DNA of 63,393 nucleotides, the filler included, from Stramenopiles sp. TOSAG23-2 (taxonomy: Eukaryota), in the NCBI GenBank assembly GCA_900128395.1. It is 3 parts of 3 records of this genome, joined end to end, with 100 filler letters (N's around TTAATTAATTAA, not from the genome) between each part and the next. Parts side by side here need not be neighbours in the genome. Positions count along the whole stretch, not along the records: positions 21,240 to 42,311 come from LT649543.1; 2 more parts are not named here. One strand, written 5' to 3'. Position 1 is the first letter of the stretch, and every line of letters starts with the position of its first letter. The position numbers were made by a program, and so were the translations under genes. Shown here one piece after another: positions 21,241-33,300 of this stretch. Under the pieces are notes generated by a model. The model searched no databases and was not told the DNA's origin. It worked only from the letters and a program-made list of their open reading frames with translations.

Positions 21241-23206
21241 TTGAAACTGAAGCAAACAACATCGGAAGAATCAAAATCACCACCACCTCAACTATTTAAA
21301 TGCGAAATGTGTCCAAATAAAGTATATAAAGGCCTAAGCGGTTTGTGGTATCACATGAAAAGATGTCACGATACTAACGGCAAAGGATCTTCATCATCAC
21401 TATCATCGGATGAACCAACATTGAAACTGAAGCAAACAACATCGGAAGAATCAAAATCACCACCACCTCAACTATTTAAATGCGAAATGTGTCCAAATAA
21501 AGTATATAAAGGCCAAAGCGGTTTGTGGTATCACATGAAAACATGTCACGATACTAACGACGAAGAATCTTCATCATCATTATCATCGGATGAATCAGAA
21601 GAATCAGAAGAGTCTGAGTCGGAAGAGGAATCATCATCGTCTTCTTTGAACGATGCGGAACCGGAAGAGGAAGAAGATCTAGGTTCAAAGCCGGTGTTGA
21701 AATCAAAACCAAAATTGAAACTGAAAATTGAAACTGAAGCAAACAACATCGGAAGAATCAAAATCACCACCACCTCAACTATTTAAATGCGAAATGTGTC
21801 CAAATAAAGTATATAAAGGCCTAAGCGGTTTGTGGTATCACATGAAAAGATGTCACGATACTAACGGCAAAGGATCTTCATCATCACTATCATCGGATGA
21901 ACCAACATTGAAACTGAAGCAAACAACATCGGAAGAATCAAAATCACCACCACCTCAACTATTTAAATGCGAAATGTGTCCAAATAAAGTATATAAAGGC
22001 CAAAGCGGTTTGTGGTATCACATGCAAAGATGTCACAAACCGATCTGGGATGTTAGAAAAGATAGAATATTGCAAGATATACCTGAAGACATCCAAAACG
22101 TTATTGTCCCTGTTGTAAATGTTAGAACAGGAAAGTGGACAAAAGATGAAAAGGAAAAATTTGATGATGCTGTAGAGAAATATTTGGGTTATAAATACTC
22201 TGATGTGATTATTGCAAAATGTGTTGGTGGTACACGCACAGCCATCCAGATCCGAAGCCGTTTAAGTGATTATAGGAAAAGACAACGAGATCAAGCTTTT
22301 CATGAAAAGGATTTTGCTGAAGAACGTGAATCATGCAAACAAAATGCTAAGGGTGAATTGGATAATAAAGAAGCAGCAAAAATAGAAAAGCAAGAAACGC
22401 CCGTGAAAAAAGCAAAAAATAAACAGGCAGCGGCAGCAAGTCAACAAGCATACAAAGGAACATTAAAGGATCTACCTGAGGAAATTCAAAAAGTTGTTAT
22501 CCCGTCTTCAAAGGCACCTGTGAACAAAGGAAGGTGGACAAAAGATGAATGGGAAAAATGCGAAAATGCATATATTAAATATGAAGGTTACTATAACCAT
22601 ACGACGATTATTGCAAAATGTATGGGTGGTTCACGTACAAGGAAACAAGTGACTGATCACCTTTGGAAAGTAAAACGAAAAAATCTAAGAAGAGGAATTC
22701 AGGGCCGTCAGTATCTTCCTGCTTTTAAAAGAGAAGCGAAATGGATTTCACGCGTCTACAAAGGAACAGTCTACGAAGGAAAATTAAAAGATCTACCTGG
22801 TACACGCAAACATGCACAGGTCGCTAGACATATTGAAAAAGAACAACTGAAGGATTATCTAGAAACGATGGAAAAAGAAATAGCACCTAAAATAATACCA
22901 CAATCATATAGGAAATCTATCAATGCTGCGAAAAAATGGATTGCCAAGGAAAAATTGCGTAAAAAGAAAGTGGCAAGAAACAAAAGAAAACGCACACAAT
23001 CATCAAATAAAATAAATCATCATAAAAAACAAAAAACAATCAAAGAGATTAAAAATAAGAAGACAGTACATGTACTTTTTCAACATCTAGAACGACGTGC
23101 AGAAAATGAAAATAATGATCGAAGGGACAATATTTTATATGATGAAATACCCTTTGTCGATGATGAGTATGGATTTGAAATATATGAAGGTGTAGAGGAA
23201 AAATAA
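21241..23206 (+). CDS. C2H2 zinc-finger repeat + Myb/SANT-like DNA-binding protein; 5' truncated by the gap and frameshifted at ~21724
   Basis: Four near-identical fingers CEMCPNKVYKG[LQ]SGLWYHMxxCH in 180-bp units. Two Myb-like repeats (GKWTKDEKEKF...IAKCVGGTRTAIQIRSR and GRWTKDEWEKC...IAKCMGGSRTRKQVTDH). A 13-bp duplication (aaaattgaaactg at 21711-21723 and 21724-21736) splits the ORF. Confidence 0.75.
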
Positions 23207-23294
23207 AAAAAGAATGGGGGTGGGGGTGTGGTATAATATTCGTACAAATATATTATAAATTATGATATGTATTGTGTGGGCCAGTGGGATAAAA

Positions 23295-24507
23295 TATATG
23301 ACCCACGTCCGATAAGATCCGTACGATTTGGGAAAATACCTTAACATCAATAGGGGGTATCCCTTGATATTCCCGATATTTTCGTAAACTAACTACCTAT
23401 AATTTAGTATAACATGTGTTTTACTCCCCTTTTCCTGTACTCAAATGCTACGGAAATTTAGTAGACACTGTAAAATGGAAATAAAAAATTTCTTCTGCTA
23501 ATTATTATAAAGGCACTTCCTGATGTCGTCTGAACCTGAGGTTCGAGTATAGAAAAGCTCTTATCCCGCGGGTTATGCCTGCAAGAGGTCCAAAAAACTG
23601 AAAATGGAAAATATTTTATTTCCCTTGGGTCCGCATCATATACTGTATATGACCCACGGCTGATAAGATCCGAACGATTTAGATAAATGGCCATAATATT
23701 AATAGGGGTATCCCTTGATATTCCCGATATGTTCGTATACTAACTACCTATAATTTAGTATAACATGTGTTTTACTCCCCTTTTCCTGTACTCAAATGCT
23801 ACGGAAATTTAGTAGACACTGTAAAATGGTATTTAAAAATTTCTTCTGCTAAATAAATGCACTTCCTGATGTCGTATGAACCTGAGGTTCGAGTATAGAA
23901 AAGCTCTTATTATAGGTTATACGTATACGAGATCGTAAAAACTGAAAATGGAAAAATTTTATTTCACATGGATGCGCATGGATCACCACTTTCCAAAAAA
24001 AAAAATATTTTTTTCTTGTGACTTCCCAAAACTTTTTCATTGCTCGTGTGATGACATTTTGTCTCGCCTTGTCTTGTACGACGTATCATATCATCACGTT
24101 GTTTTATATATATATCATATAAAATATATATTTCCAAAAAAAAAAATATTTTTTTCTTGTGACTTCCCAAAACTTTTTCATTGCTCGTGTGATTGCATTT
24201 TGTCTCGCCTTGTCGTATACGCATAACCTAGGATGTTAAAAATCATCTCCTGAAATTTTTTTGGACAAAAATAAAATTTACGTAAAAAATTTAGCAGAAG
24301 AAATTTTTAAATTATTTTTTACAGTATTGGATAGGTGCTGGTAATCTTTTTGAGTCTTTGAGTACAGGAAAAGGGGAGTAAAACACATGTTATACTAAAT
24401 TATAGGTAGTTAGTTTACGAAAATATCGGGAATATCAAGGGATACCCCTATTAATATTATGGCCATTTTCCAAAATCGTACGGATCTTATCGGACGTGGG
24501 TCATATA
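23295..24507. mobile_element. Foldback/MITE-like element with long terminal inverted repeats
   Basis: tatatgacccacgtccgataagatccgtacgattt...cctgtactcaaa (23295-~23445) is mirrored as a reverse complement at ~24357-24507, with weaker inverted similarity further inward. Left arm tandemly duplicated (period 351, diverged); internal 141-bp direct repeat (23990/24131); TA at both termini. Confidence 0.8.
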
Positions 24508-24860
24508 TTATATATGTACATATATATAATTTTATTTTATAATAAAATATACGCCTTCGTATAATATATCTCACATATCATACGATTACGGCTTCGTACA
24601 TTTTTACATATCCATATATACACTCGTATTTACTAAAATCATACAACGACCACGTAATTTAACTATCTTACGAACTCGTAACAACACCGCCAGCACATAA
24701 ACATCTATCAGATGTAAGGCTAGCAGGCAAATAGCCTCTAAAACTGCCATCGTTATCTATTTTTTAGCATATTTTTCATCCTTCAACAACAAGTTTTTTT
24801 TTCATTTTCATCAACTGCTCAACTTTTTATTGTAAAATCGGCCCCTTTCACGTTCATCGA

Positions 24861-27800
24861 TAGTCCTGGGCCATAGGGACAAAATACCTAGGCACCAAAA
24901 TAGGCACTAATAGTGGCCCTGTCCTCCTCCTTGACAGATTGGAGACCCTAATTATAACTATGTCTGATTTTTCAATAGTAAATAGTTTTATTTTCAAAAA
25001 ATTTATAAAATACAGACAGTCTTCAGGGAAATTTTCATTAAAATTTCATCGTTTTTAACATTTTCATCCTAAATTCTTATATTTCATTGTTGTGATGATG
25101 GATTTTTCATTTCATTACATGAAAACAAAGGAAAAACATTGAAAAAACCTTTTTAAACTTAGGCTCCACTAGTATACCATTTTTCCTATCAATTGGCAAA
25201 ATAATTTTGACATTTCACGTTTTCAGAAATTAGGGATAGCAGAATTTCTGCAAAATAATTTTGACATTTCACGTTTTCAGAAATTAGGGATAGCAGAATT
25301 TCTGGTATCGAATTTTTACATTAAAATTTGTACTTAAATAAATTATTAATTTACAGAAATGACTAAAATAAACTATAAAATTCATAGAAATCATTAAATT
25401 ATAAAAATATCCATTTTTTAAAACACAAAATACATGTAAAAATTACATCGTCATTTTAACAATTTCATCATCTTCTTAAAATTACATATAAATACCACCC
25501 ATATGAAATCATACAAAATATCATATTTTAGATGGAAATGTCATTTTTTACATAAATTGTAAATATCATTTTTGGAAGATTTTAACCTATCAAAAATACA
25601 ATCACTATTTTTGTACTAAATAGTGTAAGACAGACCCGACACTACAGGTGAAAAGCACCTATCAAGTAGTGTTACAGCTATAGGGTTACGCGTTTTTTTC
25701 AACTTTTAACAGTTATTCAAATATGAAGTAGATACAATATAAATACCACCCATATGAAATCATACAAAATATCATATTTTAGATGGAAATGTCATTTTTT
25801 ACATAAATTATAAATATCATTTTTGGAAGATTTTAACCTATCAAAAATACAATCACTATTTTTGTACTAAATAGTGTAAGACAGAGCCGACACTACAAGT
25901 GAAAACCACCTATCAAGTAGAGTTACAGCTATAGGGTTACGCGTTTTTTTCAACTTTTAACGGTTATTCAAATGTGAAGTAGATAAAGAAATATTGATAT
26001 ACTTGGTAAAATTATTACCAAACATATATAAATTGATCGTGGATACTTATTTTGCTAAAGTCATGTATGTGTATGTACAATAAACTACCTTTTGCAATTT
26101 TCAGATTTTACATTTTTAGTCCAGCCTATGTCCATACTAATTTCGAAAAAAATCACCATTTTGAAAAAAATTCGATACGTTGTCAGTTTCATTTAAAACA
26201 TAATTAGATCAAAATATTCATGTACTTCTTACATTTTTAGTCCAGCCTATGTCCATACTAATTTCGAAAAAAATCACCATTTTGAAAAAAATTCGATATG
26301 TTGTCAGTTTCATTTAAAACATAATTAGATCAAAATATTCATGTACTTCTTTCGTTTAGACAGGTGATAAGAGATGTGTCTTATTTCGAATTAATTTGTA
26401 GAAGATTTAGATCGAAAAAATTGACATATTGTATTTTGGTGATATTTCTGATAATTTTTCAATATTTTGGTGATTTTTTTGTCTCTAACCCTAAACTAAC
26501 CCGATCTTGAAAATCACATATCAGTGTAAAGCTCGACTTATATCCAGTGTATGGACAGGAGAAGGATCGGAAATTGTTTAGGTGATCAGTATATGACTTT
26601 TAGGTGTTGGTTTCAGCTTCGTATATAATGGGAAAGTGTAGAAATGGCATTCGTGTGAGTGTATGTTGGTGTTGAAAAATAGAGTGAGAGGTCACGTCAT
26701 GTACGGGTATGACCCCGCAATGCTGAGTAGTGCTAGCATCTCTAACTCTAATGTAAATGATCAAAATGCACGATATTTTTACTAAACATGGTTCTACTGT
26801 TAAACTCCCCAGACCACGAGCCACAGACATTGTATACATAATAAACAACGGATATGCAACGTTTCAACGTCTAATATTTATAACTTCAATGAAAGTTTTC
26901 AACCTTTCATGATTTTCACCATTTCGATGAAAAATGCTCTAATACTAACTCCATGCTAACATACGATTTAAATTTTTTTTCCAGCACTTTTCTTTAAAAA
27001 CATATTTATACATGTAAACGCTCAGAGAAAAGTTAAATATATCACCTACGATATAGAATCTATGATATTTTATCAAAATTTTTTATGTTTCGTTTTTCAA
27101 ATGAAGATTTCTAGCTTCATTTAGAATGTATGTGAATGAAAATCAATCTGGAATTCTAGGCCTTTTTCAGGCATGTTAACATACATTGCAAAATGGGGTA
27201 AAATCAAAACAATATATCTCACATCTATCAAAATATTAGTACAAAAGTAGGTTCGATTCTCATTTATACATGTATAGAGCCAAACCTAAGAGTAAGTTGA
27301 TGACAACTGAGTGTCAGGAACATACTTTACTAATGACGTTTCAATTGCATGTTAAAGTACCCTTACTATGGAATAGGCTTGTAAAACCTTAATAAAAGTG
27401 TCCAAAAAAGTGCATTTTTGAGTGAAAATTCACTTTGGGTCTAGCGTTTCATGTAAATGTAATATTTATTTTGGTTGGAGTTTAGAGATACAAGTTATAT
27501 ATATAAAAAAAGGATGCAGAAGTTTATATGGGGTGTAAATGTTGGAAATGATGTTTGGAGACATAATGCAAATTTTATATATCTTAAATGTAATATTTAT
27601 TTTGGTTGGAGTTTAGAGATACAAGTTATATATATAAAAAAAGGATGCAGAAGTTTATATGGGGTGTAAATGTTGGAAATGATGTTTGGAGACATAATGC
27701 AAATTTTATATATCTGATGAAATTTCTCAATTTTTGTACTCTCTTTAGCGGAACTTTTAAAAATGAAAATAAAATTGGCAAAAATATTCATGTTTGAGGT

Positions 27801-28915
27801 GTTATAGAAATGTAGTATAAATTTGGTAGTCTAATTTACATATTTTTGTTAGAGTACTTAAAACTATAGTATGGAGATTTTTTGTCAATTGATATTGTAG
27901 TATAAATTTGGTAGTCTAATTTACATATTTTTGTTAGAGTACTTAAAACTATAGTATGGAGATTTTTTGTTATTTTCTATAGTAATGATAATTGTCCCTA
28001 TGAAGTTTTTTTAATATATGGAAATAGCATTATAAAATTAGCATGGACATAGTTCTTTCAACATTTTACTCCTGAAATTTGTGTTTTTCTGCCATGTTTT
28101 CTATTTTTCATTTCCTATCATATTTGTACTTAATATAGTCCTTTTCATATACTCAGTAGATTTGTAGTGTTTGCTATATTTGATAGGAAAAATTAGGTAT
28201 TTTTTGTACTTGAGAGAAGGGTGTATATATTTAAAATTGAACTTTAAGTATAATTACATTTTTATGTAATTTTCGTATACTATAGCTTTTTGCATGTTTT
28301 GATGTGTTTTTACAAATTGTTCTGTATACTATTTGTACTTAATCATATATAATATGAATCTATTCATTATTAATTATATATAATATTATAAGTATAAATG
28401 TGATAGGTAAATAAATTTATCAAAATCCCAATCGTGTCATTTCCTGCACCTTTCGAGGCAAAAATGTACATTTTTCATGAAAGATATAGGGAAGAACGGT
28501 GAAATTTTTATAATTCGACCGTGTCAATTTTGATAATTTCAATGAAGTACCATGATAAATATTTTTATAAATTGTACTTATTTTAGTATATAAATATAAA
28601 TTTACCTATATATTTCTACAAAATACCTTGGTAAAAGAAGTAATTAATGCCTTAAAATATGTAATTTTACAAAATACAAAATTATGATTTCAATGATCAA
28701 TACCTGCAAAATTGCTGTAATATTTGGATTCTGTTGGCTTTGCGATTTCATGAGAGATATTTAAATTAAATAGGGTAATATGTAAAAAGTATACTAAAAA
28801 CAGTAAATTAAGCATAATTTTTTATACATTTTAATGCTGTGTCCATGTAGTTGTGCCTATCGGTGCCTGCCGTCCTCCTCCTTGAGGCAAAAGTAGTGCC
28901 TATGGCCCAGGACTA
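24861..28915. mobile_element. Non-autonomous hAT-like DNA transposon, 4055 bp
   Basis: TIRs tagtcctgggccatagg (24861-24877) and cctatggcccaggacta (28899-28915). Perfect 8-bp TSD TTCATCGA at 24853-24860 and 28916-28923. Subterminal TAGGCAC/GTGCCTA repeats. No transposase ORF in any frame. Confidence 0.9.
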
Positions 28916-29143
28916 TTCATCGACAATCATTGTCGATGATCGATTTTTTTTTTTTATATTTTTTTAATGATTTGCAACATTTCCATATTGAAAATTGCAT
29001 AAATAATGAATTAGAAGATCTAGAGAGAAAGAGAGAAAGAGAGTAAAGAAAAAATTTGTGTTATACATATAGATATATATTGTGTGTGGAAACGATATTT
29101 GTGTACATTTTTGTGTGTATATTATATAAATATATCTGTGATT

Positions 29144-30025
29144 ATGTCTTCATCATCATCGTCATCATCGAGTCAATTGATTGATTTGACGACGACTACT
29201 ACTACAACGACAACGACGACTACAATAAATAATAGTCAAAATATTGGTGGAAATACAATACCGATACCTAAACATATCACATGTCCAATTTCTGGTGAGA
29301 TATTTAAAGATCCAGTTATTGCTTCTGATGGGCAAACATATGAAAGGAAGGATATAACAAGATGGATACAACAGAAAGGTAATAACGCTACATCTCCTTT
29401 AACTGGTTTAAAACTAAAAGATAACAAGTTGATCCCAAATCATAGTATGAAAAGTCTTGTCGCAGAATGGCATCAAAAAAATAAAAATGGTACACATGTA
29501 GAAGATGCACTGAAGTTGTTAGTTGGAAAATTGATGACTACTTCCTCTAGTGAAGAATTAGTGAAATTATTAAATAATATTTTGGATTTAATTCAATCAA
29601 GTCATAAATTATTGGTCACTAAGAAAAAACTAGACAAATGGAAGTATGTCATAGATGATGAACTTTTGACTGATGAAGTTGTATCCTCTTTAGAAGTTTT
29701 AGAATCTCAAGTAATAGTAATCACTAATACGAAAGAAATGGAACAGAAAACACTTATTGAAGTGAATAAATGTCAATCGATTATGATGGAAAAAATAAAA
29801 GAACAAAGCATACAGATAAACATTGGCTTTAAAGAGGCATGCAATGAATATGAAAAATCTAAAGCAGCGTTTGAAAAGGCGAGAGAGAAGATGAATAATG
29901 ATGAGTTGGAATTAAAACGTGTTAAAAAAGCAAAAGATACCAATGCAAAACAAATTGAAATCTTGACAAGTTTAATGCAAAATTCCATTTCAGAAATGAA
30001 TACTAATAAATATATTTTTTGTTGA
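29144..30025 (+). CDS. U-box E3 ubiquitin ligase with a C-terminal coiled coil
   Basis: First ATG at 29144; HITCPISGEIFKDPVIASDGQTYERKDITRWI...TSPLTGLKL...LIPNHSMKSLVAEW is a canonical U-box. Confidence 0.9.
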   Translation: MSSSSSSSSSQLIDLTTTTTTTTTTTTINNSQNIGGNTIPIPKHITCPISGEIFKDPVIASDGQTYERKDITRWIQQKGNNATSPLTGLKLKDNKLIPNHSMKSLVAEWHQKNKNGTHVEDALKLLVGKLMTTSSSEELVKLLNNILDLIQSSHKLLVTKKKLDKWKYVIDDELLTDEVVSSLEVLESQVIVITNTKEMEQKTLIEVNKCQSIMMEKIKEQSIQINIGFKEACNEYEKSKAAFEKAREKMNNDELELKRVKKAKDTNAKQIEILTSLMQNSISEMNTNKYIFC

Positions 30026-30355
30026 TATATATATATCTATCGAAAGTTGTGAGTGAATTTGAGATTTTTATTGAATTTAGTGCTATGAACCTGCTACTGG
30101 TATTTTATGTGGTGTATAAAATGTAGCTAGGATAGGGCTAAATTAGGGTTTTTTGTGAAAGAAACCAAATTGAAATTTTGGTTTATGTATACTTAAGAGG
30201 TGTTTACACTACATTTTTACTAGGTGAATTTAGCAGCATCATACGCCTGTCTACCAGGTTCAGTAACACACTCAATATACGCGCGTACTTTATTAATTAT
30301 CATATCATACGAACATACACACGACCTGTTTTAATTTCTCTCTCTCCCTTCTCAT

Positions 30356-33300
30356 TTAAAATGCTTCATCCTCCTCTGTCAAAAACAATTTCGTCCCACG
30401 ATTTCCACGACGATGACGACGTTTTTCTTTCTTTTTCTCCACAGTTGGAAATCCCATTGATAAACGTTGACGATTTTTTTTCTTACTACTATATAAAGTT
30501 TGAAATGAAAAATTATGTTTCATTGAACGTCGATTATTTGGTAATGATGATGAAAATTGTTGTTGCTGTTGTTGTATAATAGTAGTAGCAGGTGGGACTT
30601 CTATTACCGTTTCTTCTCCTCCTTTTCCTCTTTCATCCATACCGCTTCTTTTCACATCTTCTTCAAAATCTTCAACTGTTTTCACTTTTGGCCTTGGTCG
30701 TTCTTTTATTGAATATTTCTTTAAAATGGAAGATTGAAATTGTTTCATTTTTTTAATACTTGGTAATCTTCGTATTGGATATTTCTTCTTCTTCGATCTT
30801 CTATTTATTGATGCATGACGATTCCAAACTGGTGATGCAGCAACTTCTTCCATTTGTAACATCGATAATCCACCTTTTACATTTAATTTACTTGATACGA
30901 AGGATTCATCCAAAATAGGATCATTTGTCGGTATATAAAATGGTTTTCTACCAGCAAGATCACGATGATGTTCATAAGAATCAATATAACGTTGACTACG
31001 TAAAAAATACGCTACTTTTTTTGCTTCAGATGAAACACGTTTATGTTGCATACGTTCATATAATGCATTGCTTATACTACTACTACTGCCTCCTGCATTA
31101 AGGCTATAATTATTTTGCTTTCTGCTACCTTTACTCATTATTGACCCTGATTTTTTCTCATGTAAAATAGCACTATTATTTTTACTACCATCATATGAAT
31201 TGGAAAATGCACCATCATAATCTAAATTGGAACCCCATCCATCAAATGTACCATTACCCATTTCGTCCCAAACAGGTGACGTCGGACTTTGTAATTGTAA
31301 CGATGAATTACTATTATATGGTTGCTTTTCAAGAGTATCGATATCAAAGTTACCTCCTAATGCTACTTGAACATCTTGCTTAAATTTTTGATTACTATTT
31401 GTATTATCTTTTTCAAAATCGAATTCACCGTTCTTACTATTATTGTTAATATTGTTGTTGTTATTATTACTACTATTTTTGTCATTCCCCCCATCATTAT
31501 TATTCTTAGGTTTTTTAAAGGTTTTCGCTGACAACATAGCTGTTGGCACATCTTCTCGTATACTTTGACGTTGTGGCTCTCCACCAATTTTTTGTAACGA
31601 TCCAGGCGTATTAACAACTTTACCATCTGCTTTTTTGACAAAGCCACTAGATTCAGGATGCCTTCGAACACGTAAAATAACTTTTCTTTTTGAAGTTTGA
31701 ATCATTGATGAGCATATTGAAAATGTAGATTGCCATTCATTATTGTTTTCAATCGGTGTCCAAACTGAACTTCCAGGCCTTAAATGTTCAACTGCCCAAA
31801 TTAAATTTCTATTCAATGCAAAATGTTTAATTAAGAAATTTAACATATTCAAAAGTGTTGTTCCATTTGGAATATACATAACTTTCTCTGAAGCAGTGAC
31901 TTGCCTACCACTAATCTGAGCTAGACGTACGTATACATCAATTCCCATTTTTAATTTACAAAATTTCGATTTTGTACTGCGCCTATGTCTACCTTTTATT
32001 TCATGCAATGTATTGGTTTCTTCAATTTCCTCAATACGAGATAACGATGTTCCATCGTGGTCGTCAAAAGCATCTTTTTGATTTTTTGGCACATTACCAA
32101 GTCCTAAACTTCCACTAGACGTTGGTCTCGAGTTTCTTCCATCACTAGCTTCGCTACGTGCATCCCAACCTACTATACTTGCTTGATCAAATAATTTTGC
32201 CGGTTTAAATTGTTCTAAACTTAAATCATTATTTGGTCCAATTACAGCTGTAGTTGGGGATAGTTTTCCATTATTATCAACAGGATCTCTCTCCTTGCTA
32301 TTTTCATTCTTTACTAATTTTAAACCACCTGACGTTAAAAAAGTATTATCGTCATTGTTATCATTATTATTACTATTATTATTGTATCCATTACCGTTAT
32401 CATCATTGGACATTGCCATCATCATTGGATCAGCAGAATGTGGTGGTGGCACGTCCATATATTGTTGCATAATACCATCACTTGTATTTATACGTTGTGG
32501 TGGTGATGGCGGATCAACAGTTTCATTCAGAGATAATTGAAAACTTGGATCACGCATACTTTCTCTACTTCTTGGATCAGCAAGTGGGGCTACTAATAAT
32601 TTGTCATGTGAAGGTGCACTAATAACAACAGTTTCAACAATATCTGGACCATAAACACTACCTTCACTTTGTTTACCCCATTTACTTGTATTCGGTGGCA
32701 AAATATAGGAAGATGAATATGGACGATGGTTTGCAGAAAAAGCGCGTCCATTCATTTGCAAGGAAACGGTATGGCCAACACTTTCTTCCCAATATACACG
32801 CCTTCCATGTGGTGATGCTGGGCAAAAACTTGCTCGTTCATATGGTGTACGACTCATTTCTTCTCGACCTTTGTCATCGAAAAATAAGAAATGAAATGGA
32901 CCTTGACTTTGTGGTCTCGATGTACTACTATTTAAATCTTGTTCACTATCAAAAAATGAACTGTCATTCACATCCTTCCCAATAAGCAATCCATCATCAT
33001 AATTCTTCCACCATCCACCACCTTTACTTGATTCTCTACTTATTGAGCCAGACAATGGATCTGCTTTTACATAATTACTATTCATTTTATGGCGTGATTT
33101 TTTATTATTATTATTACGTCGTTGTCTCTCACCAATTGTTGATGGTGGGATTGCACTATTTCTATATAATAACCCGCTGCTACCACTACCATCTTTATTA
33201 TTATTATTTGATATGATAGATGAATTATTGCGTTGATTTTGTAAAATTGAACTATTATTTTCTGCTTGGTGACCATTTTGATTATTATTATTATTATTAT

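Noticed and set aside
25639-25672. Stem-loop acactacaggtgaaaagcacctatcaagtagtgt as a structured RNA or Helitron end
   Set aside because: The duplicate copy (~25890) has substitutions that break pairing without compensation, and no CTRR terminus follows.
26485-26503. Telomere-like TAACCCTAA words (also 59520-59529 and TTAGGG near 30143)
   Set aside because: Isolated single units, not arrays; expected by chance or at most telobox-like.
23458-27797. Short ORFs inside the foldback and hAT-like elements as transposase remnants
   Set aside because: All under 95 aa, duplicated along with the DNA repeats, with no DDE, BED or hAT dimerisation motifs.
25196-27970. Repeats as a possible CRISPR array
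   Set aside because: They are two-copy tandem duplications of 54-251 bp without unique spacers; no cas genes; eukaryotic context.
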